The notes under the pieces: generated by a model
Seen by the model: only the letters and a program-made list of their open reading frames with translations
Told to the model about the DNA's origin: nothing
Database searches by the model: none
Origin: a virus
Strand: one strand, 5' to 3'
Virus record (IMG/VR): IMGVR_UViG_3300020810_001175
Span: 1 to 64,000 of that record
Length of the DNA stretch: 64,000 bases
Part shown: positions 8,830 through 20,000 of the stretch, piece after piece
How the letters are laid out: each line of letters starts with the position of its first letter
Position numbering within the stretch: position 1 is the first letter of the stretch
Made by a program: the position numbers and the translations under genes

Positions 8830-10659
8830 ATGGACGATATAGAAAAATACAACAAAACAGGTTATATTGCGGCAATTGCCAGAGGACACAATGCAGGTGT
8901 ATGTTTACTAAAAGACGGAGAAGTTGTGTTTTCAATTGAAGAAGAAAGATTATCAAGAAGAAAATACGATGGCGGTCCATATGCTTCTATGGTTGAAATA
9001 TTAAAATACACCGACAAAATAGATTATCTAGTTGTTGCTCATACACAAAGTTTAAATGATAGATCAACAGGTAGAGTAGATTATTCAGGCGATGATGTTT
9101 ATACAGGTATTGCACGAAAACTTGGTCTAATTGATAGACATATCTATGAACAACCTCATCCACAAGTGATTGACTTATCACATATCCATCACAAACTTCA
9201 TGCCGCGTGTGCTTTTTATAGATCAGGATTTGACAAAGCAGTTGCAGTGATTGTGGACGGAGCAGGAACATTTATTCCAATAAAAAATAGTGTATCAGGT
9301 GAAACAACTGTGTTTGAAGTTGAAAGTATATTCAGTTGTGACTATCCAAACGACATATATGCTTTATACAAACATTATGGAACAGGCGAAGCCAGTCCAG
9401 GAGCATTTTACTCAGACTTTGCTTCAGATTCAATTGGTGAACCAGGTAAGACACACGAAGCATTATTCACTGACAGAGCAGGTATTGTAAAAGTTTATGA
9501 AGCAGTAACTCAATATTGCGGATTCACTGCCATTGAAGCAGGCAAAACTATGGGATTATTTCCTTATGGAAAACCCAATGATGTTATTCCACCATTATTC
9601 AAAAAAGAAGGTTACTATTCTTTATCGAATAGAAACTTAATTGTGCCAACATATCCAAACGCATCGATAGTTAACAGTCAACTGTATCCATTTATAGATG
9701 AAAATCCTGCTTCTGATCAAAAAGATGATTGGACACGTATGCAGAATAGAAGAGATTTAGCATATGCAGTACAAAAAGAAACACAAAAAGAATGTTTAGA
9801 TTTAATTTACAAAGCAGTACAGATGAGTGGTTGTAAGAATGTTGTATTTTCTGGAGGATATGGATTGAATTGTGTAGCCAACTATTATTATTTAGAAACT
9901 TTACGCAAAGATGGTATTAATTTTTATGCTGAGCCAGTATCAAACGATGCAGGTACGGCAATGGGAGCGGCAATGTTGTTCTATTACAGTCTAACACAGA
10001 CTAAAGAAAAGAAAGTTGCTGAACCTACACTGTACTTAGGTCCAAAAAGAACATACACAGATGAACAAATCAAACAGATTTGTGATAGACCTGGTGTAGA
10101 AGTAGTGGATGCTGACAATAAATCTGTTGTTGAGTTAATTGCAAATAAAAATATTGTGTCAATTTTTCAAGGACAATCAGAAAACGGTCCTAGAGCATTA
10201 GGTAACAGATCAATATTATATGATCCAAGAGATCCGGATGGTAAAGATCACGTTAATAGAGTAAAACATAGAGAATATTTCAGACCATTTGCTGGAACAA
10301 TACTACATGAATACGTGCATGAGTGGTTTGACTTGCGTGGAATGGAAGAAACTCCTCACATGATGTATGCTGTAAATTGTCAACCTGGCATAGAAGAAAA
10401 AATACCTAGTATAATACACGTGGATGGCACTTGCAGAATACAATCTGTAAAAAGAGAACAAAATCCACTGTACTATGATTTAATCAAAGAGTTTCATGCT
10501 CAAACAGAATGTCCAATCATATTCAATACCTCATTTAATTTAGGCGGAGAACCATTGGTTGAAACACTGGAAGATGCTGTAAGAACACTTCAGCACAGTG
10601 AAATTGAATACTTGTTCTTACCAGAGTATAAAAAATTAATAAAGGTAAAAAATGTCTAA
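8830..10659 (+). CDS. Carbamoyltransferase, NodU/CmcH/TobZ family
   Basis: EEERLSRRK, HHKLHAA, DGAG, EAGKTMGL, GGYGLNCVAN, NDAGTAMG, GPRALGNRS, KHREYFRPFA, HVDGTCRIQ, NTSFN. Confidence 0.92.
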   Translation: MDDIEKYNKTGYIAAIARGHNAGVCLLKDGEVVFSIEEERLSRRKYDGGPYASMVEILKYTDKIDYLVVAHTQSLNDRSTGRVDYSGDDVYTGIARKLGLIDRHIYEQPHPQVIDLSHIHHKLHAACAFYRSGFDKAVAVIVDGAGTFIPIKNSVSGETTVFEVESIFSCDYPNDIYALYKHYGTGEASPGAFYSDFASDSIGEPGKTHEALFTDRAGIVKVYEAVTQYCGFTAIEAGKTMGLFPYGKPNDVIPPLFKKEGYYSLSNRNLIVPTYPNASIVNSQLYPFIDENPASDQKDDWTRMQNRRDLAYAVQKETQKECLDLIYKAVQMSGCKNVVFSGGYGLNCVANYYYLETLRKDGINFYAEPVSNDAGTAMGAAMLFYYSLTQTKEKKVAEPTLYLGPKRTYTDEQIKQICDRPGVEVVDADNKSVVELIANKNIVSIFQGQSENGPRALGNRSILYDPRDPDGKDHVNRVKHREYFRPFAGTILHEYVHEWFDLRGMEETPHMMYAVNCQPGIEEKIPSIIHVDGTCRIQSVKREQNPLYYDLIKEFHAQTECPIIFNTSFNLGGEPLVETLEDAVRTLQHSEIEYLFLPEYKKLIKVKNV

Positions 10660-11635
10660 AAAAACAGCAATATTTTTAAATGGTGGTGCAGGTAGAATGG
10701 TTAGTTCTATACCAGCAGTAGAGAAATACCTAGAAGAAAATCCAGATAAAGATCCTATCCTAGTGTGTGAAGGTGGAACAGATGCTTTCAAAGGTCATCC
10801 TAAATTTCATTTCAGAGCATATGATCATTGGCACAAAAATTTGTTTCAAGATATGCTAAAAGATAGAGATTTAATTTCACCAGAACCATACAGAATATGG
10901 GAATACTACAATCAAAAGTGTAGTCTTGCTCAAGCATATGACATTGCTATCAATAATAAAGGAATTAGAGATTTACCTAAGCCAACCATACGATTAAGTA
11001 AAGAAGAGTTATTAATGGCAAGACAAATGATCACGGAAGTTAAGGAAAAGACAGGTAAAGATAAAATTATTGTATTTCAACCATTTGGCAGAGGTGCTCA
11101 CCCGGATCAAATCAGCGAAAAACAGAAGGAAGAAGGCAAACAACCTGACATCACTGATTCAACAGGAAGAAGTATAGAGTTAAAAAACATTTGGAACATT
11201 GTTAGAAAACTTGCTAAAAATTATGGCGTTATGGTGATGAGTGAATTTCCATTAGATTTTCAAAAACATATGTCTACTCCTATTGCTACTCCTATGAATA
11301 TACACCTAAGAATATGGATGGCTGTTATAAAACAAGCCAATCATTTTGTTGGTTGTGATTCTGTAGGTCAACACGTTGCTTATGCATTTGACAAAACAGC
11401 AACAGTGTTGGTTGGATCAACATACCCTATAAACACATCATTTCCAGATGCAGAAAATATAGACATTATTGATCTTGGCAAGGACGAAAGAGTGTATTCT
11501 CCCATCAGAATCACATCAGATGAAATGAGTGATAGACTGAATGAAGGCATTATGGCAATGGATGAACAAGCAGAAGAGCGTGTGATTAAATCTGTACAAA
11601 GAATGCTTAAACAGAGCAAAAATACCCAAAAATAA
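10652..11635 (+). CDS. GT-B glycosyltransferase, GT9-like; paralogue of 7874
   Basis: NGGAGRMVSSIPA; SPEPYR..EYYNQKC..AQAYDI.INNKGIRDLPK shared with 7874; FVGCDSVGQHVA. Confidence 0.65.
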   Translation: MSKKTAIFLNGGAGRMVSSIPAVEKYLEENPDKDPILVCEGGTDAFKGHPKFHFRAYDHWHKNLFQDMLKDRDLISPEPYRIWEYYNQKCSLAQAYDIAINNKGIRDLPKPTIRLSKEELLMARQMITEVKEKTGKDKIIVFQPFGRGAHPDQISEKQKEEGKQPDITDSTGRSIELKNIWNIVRKLAKNYGVMVMSEFPLDFQKHMSTPIATPMNIHLRIWMAVIKQANHFVGCDSVGQHVAYAFDKTATVLVGSTYPINTSFPDAENIDIIDLGKDERVYSPIRITSDEMSDRLNEGIMAMDEQAEERVIKSVQRMLKQSKNTQK

Positions 11636-11702
11636 GCAATTAGTAGTAATAATACAATAGTTCTAAATTAGGTAAATACACTATAATAAGGACTAATCGT
11701 AT

Positions 11703-12137
11703 ATGTTTGATGTATCAAGATTTTTTGGAAAAGGTGACAGAAACACGCTGTTGATGAAGAACGGCTTGAATTTCTCTCACAATGGACCGTATTCAGTTGT
11801 GGAAGATGGACTGGTTTTAGATCAATGGCACGTGAATACATTCACAACAGCAGAATACACAATGAGTGTAGATTACGACACAAACAATAAAGAAATTTTA
11901 AAAGTATTAGTATCAGCAAGTCCCAATCAAAGCAGTTTGTCAATATATGGTAGATCAAATTTAGGAAATAATTTGGTTAAAATATCTAGCGAAGTAAATG
12001 ATTCTTACGTAAGAATTAAAATAGACCCAGCAGATAAGAGCCCGACAGAAAAATATACAGGATCAAAAATTATATTTTCTGCAACATATTTTGCCACACA
12101 GAATGCATTGGTTGGAGGTTCACAGGTAACAAGTTAA
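11703..12137 (+). CDS. Virion structural protein (hypothetical)
   Basis: 144 aa; TAAATA at 11673-11678 and AAGGA RBS; LDQW....FTTAEY...E..K.LV pattern typical of T4-like fibre/baseplate domains. Confidence 0.4.
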   Translation: MFDVSRFFGKGDRNTLLMKNGLNFSHNGPYSVVEDGLVLDQWHVNTFTTAEYTMSVDYDTNNKEILKVLVSASPNQSSLSIYGRSNLGNNLVKISSEVNDSYVRIKIDPADKSPTEKYTGSKIIFSATYFATQNALVGGSQVTS

Positions 12138-12156
12138 TAAATATGGATGTAGCATA

Positions 12157-14019
12157 ATGGCAGTAGTTTTTAAACCTTTCGAAACAGATTACGGATACAA
12201 ATCACCAGGCTTTGTTGTAGACAAAGACGGTAACGTAACAGTTCGAACAATTACTAACACATACACGCCACCAGTTATTCCACCGGCACCAGATTTTAAT
12301 GTTAATGAAACTGCTGGAAATTTTTCATTTTTACAAGATGGCACTGCTGTTGCAGGTTCTAATCCAAACATAACTGTTGAAAGAGGTTCGACATACAGTT
12401 TTGTTCTCAATACCAACAGTATTGCTTTTAACATTTACAAACCAGATGTAGTAGATCCTAATGCATTAGGAATTCTTTACAATACAGGATTATCACACAC
12501 AAACACAGTAACAGGTTTGAATTTAACATCTGGCACAATATCATTCAGTCAAACATGGCAACAACAGCAATCAGGATTTAATAGAACTGCTCAGGTAGTT
12601 GTACCCGACACAACAGGTACACCGTTAGAAGGTAAAAAATTACCTGTGGTAATCAGTTTACACGACAGTGGCTTCACAGCAAGTGATGGTATCACAAATG
12701 TAAATTATATCTCAGACAAAATATTAATTGCACCTCAAGGTTATGGTAATGAATGGAATGTAGGTTATCAAACATCAAAAGCAGATGATATTGCTCTTAT
12801 TAATTCAATTATCAGTAGTTTCAGTTTGTATGATAATGTTGATACAAGAGAAATTACAATTATCGGTTATGGAAATGGTGCACAGTTGGCTTTACAATAT
12901 TCAAATCAAAGTCAAAATGCATCTGTAAAAAATATAATCACTTTCAACGGTTTATTAAACACTGACCAATACAGTCCAGTTGATCATTCTTTTTACAGTT
13001 ACAGTTTAGAAGATCAAAATCAAGATAATTCTACAATTATAAACTGGGTAGCAGTTACTCCATTAGGCAATAAAAATGTCATGATGTTTAATGGAAAAGA
13101 TGATCTAAGATTTTTATACCTAGGCGGAACTATTGATAATCAAGATTTATATAGTGCTCAAGATACTGTGTATGGTATGGCAAAAGCCAATAGTACACTT
13201 GACGCGAAATTATCTGAAGGCACATTACAAAGTGACGGATCAGAACTTTTTAGTTACAGCGACAATGCAATTCAAATGTTTGCATTTACAGGTGTTGCTA
13301 ATAATTTTACACAATATCAAAATGGTATCAGAGCAAGAATACAAACTTTAATTGCAACAGCATCATATTTAGATATTCCAGTTGCTACAACAGTAACAGG
13401 TGCTGAAGCACAAGGAAAACAAGCAGGAACATTAACATACACAGTTCCAGTGGATGCTCCAGATGATCTTTTTTATGGAGATACAGATGGTGTTCCATAT
13501 GGTTCGATCACTGTGGCACAACCAAGCATTATTGGTGTGGGTGTTTTCAGTTCAATTTTAGATACTGGAGATTTATTGGCTGAAGGTGTTAATGCCAACA
13601 TAAGATTACGACCATCAGGCACAGGAACAGTAATAATAAATCCAGAAACAACTGGTACAATCAATAATGTAAACATCAATGTGCAAAATTTAACCACGTC
13701 AGGCACTGTGCAGTTGACTCCGAATGCTGATATCACAATCAGTCCACAATCAAATGGAGCATTAACTATCAGACCAACGACGATAGGAGCAGTAGATAAT
13801 GTTAATATAGGGTCTGTGATACCTAGAAATGGTACCTTTTCAACAATCAATTCTGCTCAAGGAACGTTAAATAACACTACAATAGGATTAACAACTGCGG
13901 CGCAGGCGGCATTTACAACTGCAACTGTTGTAAATAACCCGGCTAACGCCAATGATGTAACTAAAAAGCAGTACGTCGACAACACAGCCACAGTGTTGGC
14001 GATTGCATTAGGAGTATAG
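12157..14019 (+). CDS. Virion/fibre protein with an inserted degenerate alpha/beta-hydrolase (PHB depolymerase/LpqC-like) domain
   Basis: NPNITVERGSTYSF ... GTLTYTVPVDAPDDLFY module split by a hydrolase-like segment (LPVVISLHDSG, APQG..WN, DDIALI, VDTREITIIGYGNGAQLA); fibre-type C-terminus (DVTKKQYVD..AIALG). Confidence 0.65.
   Translation: MAVVFKPFETDYGYKSPGFVVDKDGNVTVRTITNTYTPPVIPPAPDFNVNETAGNFSFLQDGTAVAGSNPNITVERGSTYSFVLNTNSIAFNIYKPDVVDPNALGILYNTGLSHTNTVTGLNLTSGTISFSQTWQQQQSGFNRTAQVVVPDTTGTPLEGKKLPVVISLHDSGFTASDGITNVNYISDKILIAPQGYGNEWNVGYQTSKADDIALINSIISSFSLYDNVDTREITIIGYGNGAQLALQYSNQSQNASVKNIITFNGLLNTDQYSPVDHSFYSYSLEDQNQDNSTIINWVAVTPLGNKNVMMFNGKDDLRFLYLGGTIDNQDLYSAQDTVYGMAKANSTLDAKLSEGTLQSDGSELFSYSDNAIQMFAFTGVANNFTQYQNGIRARIQTLIATASYLDIPVATTVTGAEAQGKQAGTLTYTVPVDAPDDLFYGDTDGVPYGSITVAQPSIIGVGVFSSILDTGDLLAEGVNANIRLRPSGTGTVIINPETTGTINNVNINVQNLTTSGTVQLTPNADITISPQSNGALTIRPTTIGAVDNVNIGSVIPRNGTFSTINSAQGTLNNTTIGLTTAAQAAFTTATVVNNPANANDVTKKQYVDNTATVLAIALGV
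12505..12516 (+). repeat. 12-bp direct repeat ACAGTAACAGGT, left copy
   Basis: Identical to 13390-13401; the two copies flank the hydrolase insert in frame (885 bp apart). Confidence 0.85.
13390..13401 (+). repeat. 12-bp direct repeat ACAGTAACAGGT, right copy
   Basis: Identical to 12505-12516. Confidence 0.85.
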
Positions 14020-14026
14020 AAACAGA

Positions 14027-17000
14027 ATGGCAAAAAAACGTATTAATACATACAAATTTACACCAGGAATTCCACAGAGTGGCAATCTTTTTCCAAATGC
14101 TTGGGCTCAGATCAACGCCAACTATGAGTGGTTGAAAGATGAATCCAGTGCATATATAGATGCTAAAATTGTTGAAGACACAGCGGCAAATTTATATCCT
14201 AACACTTCAACAAGATATCTTAACAACAAAGAATATGTCAAAGCAGAAGTGGCGGCGTGGGTAGCAGTACAAGTGGCAGGCAACATTGCACCATTTGCCG
14301 GTTACACAAAAACAGCAACAGAAATTAAAAACGATGTGGGCAACGTTATTGAAGCGGCATACCTAGACACAAGATACGGCGGAAATGAAAATATAAGAAA
14401 ACAATCACAAACATATTACATTGATGGAGTTTTACAATTAGCGGCGGCAGGTGAACCTGAAATCGCTTACATGGAAAAAGCAAGAGATATTTTCGATCTT
14501 TATATTTTCCCTGGTTTAGCATACAGTTCAATCAACACAGATGGATTAAGTCAAAACACATCAGGAACAAATGCAGAAGTAAATGGTAGAACAGGTTATC
14601 TAGCAAATATCAATGTTGTAATAAATGTTGTTGATAACGGTATTTTACAATTACCTGCTTTAGTAAGTTCTGCATATGTGTTTGCAAATTTTACTTACGA
14701 CAGTGCTCTTTGTCAAAGAGACATGGGGTACAACATCACTGGTATATTAACAGATTTAAGATATGGTGGTAATCAACAATCAAGATACAATGCTTCAACA
14801 TATTGGGTTGGCACAGTATCAGTATTAGACGGTGATAGACAACCAGAATTAGCAGTAAAAAACGAAATCAGAAACATTATAAACAATTATGTGATACCTG
14901 GACAAGCATTTAGTTCAAGACAGTCACCAGTTGTTACACAACAAACAATTTTACCTACTCCAGGTGAAGCAGGAGCCACTGCAAGAGTCACTACATTAGT
15001 TGGAATTATTACAGATGTAATTACAAATGGATTAGACAATTTACCTACTCAAGTAAACAACGGAATTTCAAGTGTAAAAATTCCTGAAAGAGTTGAACAG
15101 AATGAAATATTACTGATTACAAACACAACCACAAACACAGTACTATACACATTCAATGATCCTTCAAAAGGAGCAACAGTAACTTATCAAAGAGAATTTG
15201 CCGAAGACACATCAAACCCAACAGCGTTTGTTGATCCAGATTTTCCTAAAGCATATCATGGCAATGACACCATTACAACAATATTTTTAAATGCAGACAC
15301 ATCTGCAGATAGTAGTACAGACAACATTCAGATTTTTGTTGAAGAAGATGAGATAAGAACAAGACCATATGATTTTGGAACAGATGCAATTGAAAGATTA
15401 AGAGTAGCTCAACCAGAATCAATGCTTGATGCTGACTTTGAGTACGGATTACAGCCTACAAAATGGAGTGCGATTGCTACACAAAGAGGTTACCCATCGA
15501 TCTATGAAGTACCAGGTACAGATTTTGATATAGCAAGTGTGACATCAGATGCATCAGCAGGCACACAAGGTATAGGTTCATCGTTGATCACTGTGACAAC
15601 AATTGGACCACACGGTTTTGAAGCAGGACAACCTTTCACAATAACTGGATTTGACAATGCAGTACAAGGTGCAAGTAGAGCCGCAGGATCATTTGTGGTA
15701 AACACAGTGCCTGACACAAGATCATTTACATATTACGCAAAAGCAAAAGTTGGTCAAGCAAATCCAACAACAATTTCTACAACTTCCACTCAATTGAGAG
15801 AAGGTGACTTCTACACAGGAGCATCAATTGGCTTCCCTTCATTCAGTGTTGCTTCAAACGGTTCATCAGGAAACTTTGTTACCAGTTTAGGAGTGTTAAG
15901 TGGTTCAACCATACTTCCATACACAGGTGTACAACCAGAATTAGGAGCACCGTTAACAGGAACAGGAATTCAACAAGGTACACAAATCACAGCAGTGAAT
16001 GGTTCAGGTGGCGCATTGGCGGCTCCAACTGTTACAGGTGATTACTCAGCAGGTGCAACAGAAATTACAGTGGCAGATTCTTCAGGTATTATTCAAAACT
16101 CTGTGATTGATAGAGGAGATGGATTTGCTGTAACAATTATCAACGTGGCAGGAAACAGTTTAACATTGAGTGCTCCTTTGAATCAAGCATTAATAGGAGA
16201 TGTAACACAGTACACAAATTTACCAGGATTAAATGTTGCTCCACAAGGACAGTTAGCAAGATTTGATATTTTTAGAGTTGGCGGTGCATACTCAGTAAGT
16301 TTAGTAACAAACGGACAAGTTGGTACAGGTCAAGATTACGAAGTAGGTGATGCTATTGTTGTTTCAGGAACAGAATTAGGCGGAGCAACTCCGGCCAATG
16401 ATGCAACAATCACTGTTGAATCAGTCAGCACAGGTGGTGAAATTACTGCCGCATCTATTTCAGGTACAGCATTTACAGGAACAGGTACAGCATCAGCAGT
16501 CACTCCGGTATTCCAAGGAGGTGTTGGTACAGGTGCTCAGATAAATTTAACAAAAAACAATCAAACCTATTCAGTAGCATTAAACAATCCACAGTACACT
16601 AATAAGAGTGTAGATGTATTCCCAGGCGCTGTTGGTGTAGGAGCAGTGTTTGATGTCACAGTTGATGCAGGAGTATATACTGCTGTAACAATTAATAATG
16701 CAGGTGGATCATATATTCAAAATGACGTAATAAGAATTAATGGATCGGTGTTTGGCGGAAATAATGACAATAATTTAGACATAAGAGTTACTGGTGTTGG
16801 CGGATCAGGAGAAATTCAAACAATATCTTGGGCTGGCACGGCGCCTGCTCAGACGGCAACATACAATGCCGCAACATACACAACAGCAAGTGCTGGCGGT
16901 CTAACAGCAGTATTCAACGTAACAAGAACAGGAACAACTTATTCAGCAACAGTATCAGGTATAGGTAATGGATATTCAGCAACTGACACTTTAACTTTTG

Positions 17001-20000
17001 CTGGTACAGTGTTAGGTGGAGCATCACCGGCTAACGATATGACATTAACTGTGGATTCAGTTGATGGCAACGGTGGTATTTTAACTTTTACTGTTACAGG
17101 AACATCTGTTGACACAAACAGTTATCCAGGTTTAAATTCAGGCACAAATGTTGGCGGACAAAATGCCACATTTGATGTTACAATATCAGGCACAAGTTAC
17201 ACAGTGACTTTGAATAATCCAGGTGATGATTATGGAGTTGGTCAACAATTAAAGATTTTAGGAACAAGTTTAGGTGGACAATCACCTACAAATGATGTAA
17301 CAATCACAGTCAGCACAGTTTCAGGAGCAGGAGCAAGTGCTATCGCAACTGTTTCATCAACAGGTACAGCGGCACTGAATGGTACTTCAGGATACAAAGT
17401 AGGAGATTTATTTTATATCAATGGTACAGATGCCGGCGGAGCAACACCTACCAATGATGCTTATGTTAACGTTTCAAGTGTTAATGTAGATGGCGGAATT
17501 ACAGGATTGTCTGTTTCAGGCACAGGTACAGATGCAAATGTTGATTATACCAGCGTTGCTTATACTACAAGTGGTACAGGAACAGGCGCTGTTGTAGACA
17601 TTAACAGAACAGGAACAACATATTCAGCAACATTCACAAACAACGGATCAAACTTTGCGGCTTTAGACACAATCACAATACTTGGTACAGCAGTTGGCGG
17701 TTTATCACCGACTAATGATGTAACAATCACTATCGATACTGTTACAGGTGGAGCGATTGCTACTTACACTGTTTCAGGTACAGCAGTAAATTCTGTAACA
17801 TACACAAATATAAACAAAAGTTTAAGAGTTGGTTCTGGATTAACCGTTGATGTAACACTCAATGCAGGTTCGTACACTCTAGCAATTAACACTGCTGGTT
17901 CAAATTTCAATGCTGATCAAGAATTTAAAATACTTGGTACACAGGTATTTGGATCTTCTCCGACCAACGATTTAACTTTCACAATTACATCAGTTGATGC
18001 TGTGTCAACAGGTGTTGTTACTGCAATTAGTGCCGCAACAGGTACAGCAAACACAGGAACAGGAAATGCATTGAATGTTGAAGGAACAAACAGAACACCA
18101 ATAGGAGTTGGAGCTCAGTTCAGTGTCACAAGAACTAACGACACTGATTCATCAACTTCTTACACAGAATGTACAGTAGTTCAATCAGGAAGTAATTATT
18201 CTGTAGGAGATAGAATTAAAATATCAGGAACAAGTTTAGGTGGACAAACACCAGCCAATGATGTTATCGTAAGGGTTCAAGCAATTAATACAGGCGGTGG
18301 AGTGACACAAAATACACACAGTGGAGTAGCAATTGGTGGTACAGGATTATCAGTTTACTCATCAGTTACAATTTCAGATCCAACTTCAACTTCAATCAAT
18401 CAAGGTGCTACAATCAGTTACTCAGCATTGGCAACAATTAGAGTAACATTTACAACACCACACGGATTGGTTCCAGGAAATGCTTTCTTGGTTGTTATTC
18501 AATCTGATGATGGTGCAAACAATCACATATTGGCTTCAGGTCCATTCTTGGCAACATCAATTCCGAGTTCTACAAGTTTAACATACCAAGTGAGATCACC
18601 TGGTGCAATCACTGATTCAGGTTGGCAAGGTGCAGTTTATGGCAGACCAGATTCATTCTTCGTACACAGACCATTTGATGGTGGTGTTCAATTAGGTACA
18701 GGTGGACCGGCACACGGTGCACAGGCAATACGTCAATCTAAAAAATATATCAGATATCAATCAGGTAAAGGTTGTATGTACACAACTGGTGCTCTATTTG
18801 CTCCATCATACGACATATTAAACCTAACAGCAGATGGTATTTCAGCAGGATCAACAATTACTGTGACAACAGATGATGTGGATCACAATTTACAAGTTGG
18901 TGCTCAAATTAGATTGGTAGGTATAGCAACATCAGGCTATGATGGAACGTATACAATAACATCAGTTCTAAATGAAAGATCATTCACAGTAATTGCTAAA
19001 ATTACATTGGGTGGTACAACTCCTGAATTTACAGATCAACCACAAGTTTCATTATACAAATGGAATGGTGCTACTGTGAGATCAGGTATATTTGATGATC
19101 AAAACGGAATTTTCTGGGAATATGATGGACAAACTACGAATGCTGTACAAAGAACTGCCACAAGACAATTGGCTGGTACAGTTGCAGTTACTCCAAATTC
19201 AAACACAGTGACAGGTACAGGTACAAGATTTAGAGAACAAATCAAAGCAGGTGACAGAGTGGTTATCAGAGGTATGACTCACGTTGTTTCAGGTGTTGAT
19301 AACAACACAACAGCATATATTACTCCAGATTACAGAGGAGTAAATGCATCATCAGGTGTGAAAATGTGTGCTGTGGTTGACAAAAAAGCAAAACAATCAG
19401 AATTCAACAGAGATAGATTAGATGGTACAGGACCAAGCGGATACAATTGGGACGTATCTAAAATGCAGATGATCGGAATTCAATTTTCATGGTACGGGGC
19501 TGGATTTATTGACTGGATGTGTAGAGGACAAAAAGGTGAATTTATATTTTCTCACAGAATGAGAAACTCAAACGTTAACACAGAAGCGTTTATGAGAACA
19601 GGTAACCAACCAGTACGTTACGAAGTTACAAATGAAGGACCAAACGGTAAATTATTAGAAAATATTGATGCTAGTGCAACATCTATCACATTAGAAGATG
19701 CTAGTTTCTTCCCAACAACAGGTGGTACAGTTTATATTGATAACGAAATTATTACATTCACAGGTATCACAAACGATACATTAACAGGTTGTACAAGAGC
19801 GGCACAGTTGACAAACTTTGCGGCAGGTGCCACAAGATCATATTCAGCAGGTGCGGCGGCTCCACACTTTAGAAACACAGGAGTTGTATTAATATCTAAC
19901 ACAGCGTCTCCAATCATATCACACTGGGGATCAGCGTACTTAACAGATGGTAATTTTGATGAAGACCGAGGATACTTATTCAGTTACTCAGGATCAGGAT

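Noticed and set aside
3438-11635. RiPP cluster or HypF/HypE-type hydrogenase maturation
   Set aside because: The Cys-rich ORFs are over 300 aa with a Gly-rich structural frame and no leader, protease or transporter; the carbamoyltransferase has NodU/TobZ architecture without the HypF acylphosphatase and Zn-finger domains.
12505-13401. Intein, intron or IS element as the cause of the insert
   Set aside because: No Cys/Ser start or His-Asn end, no endonuclease or transposase, no terminal inverted repeats; the insert encodes a hydrolase-like fold in frame.
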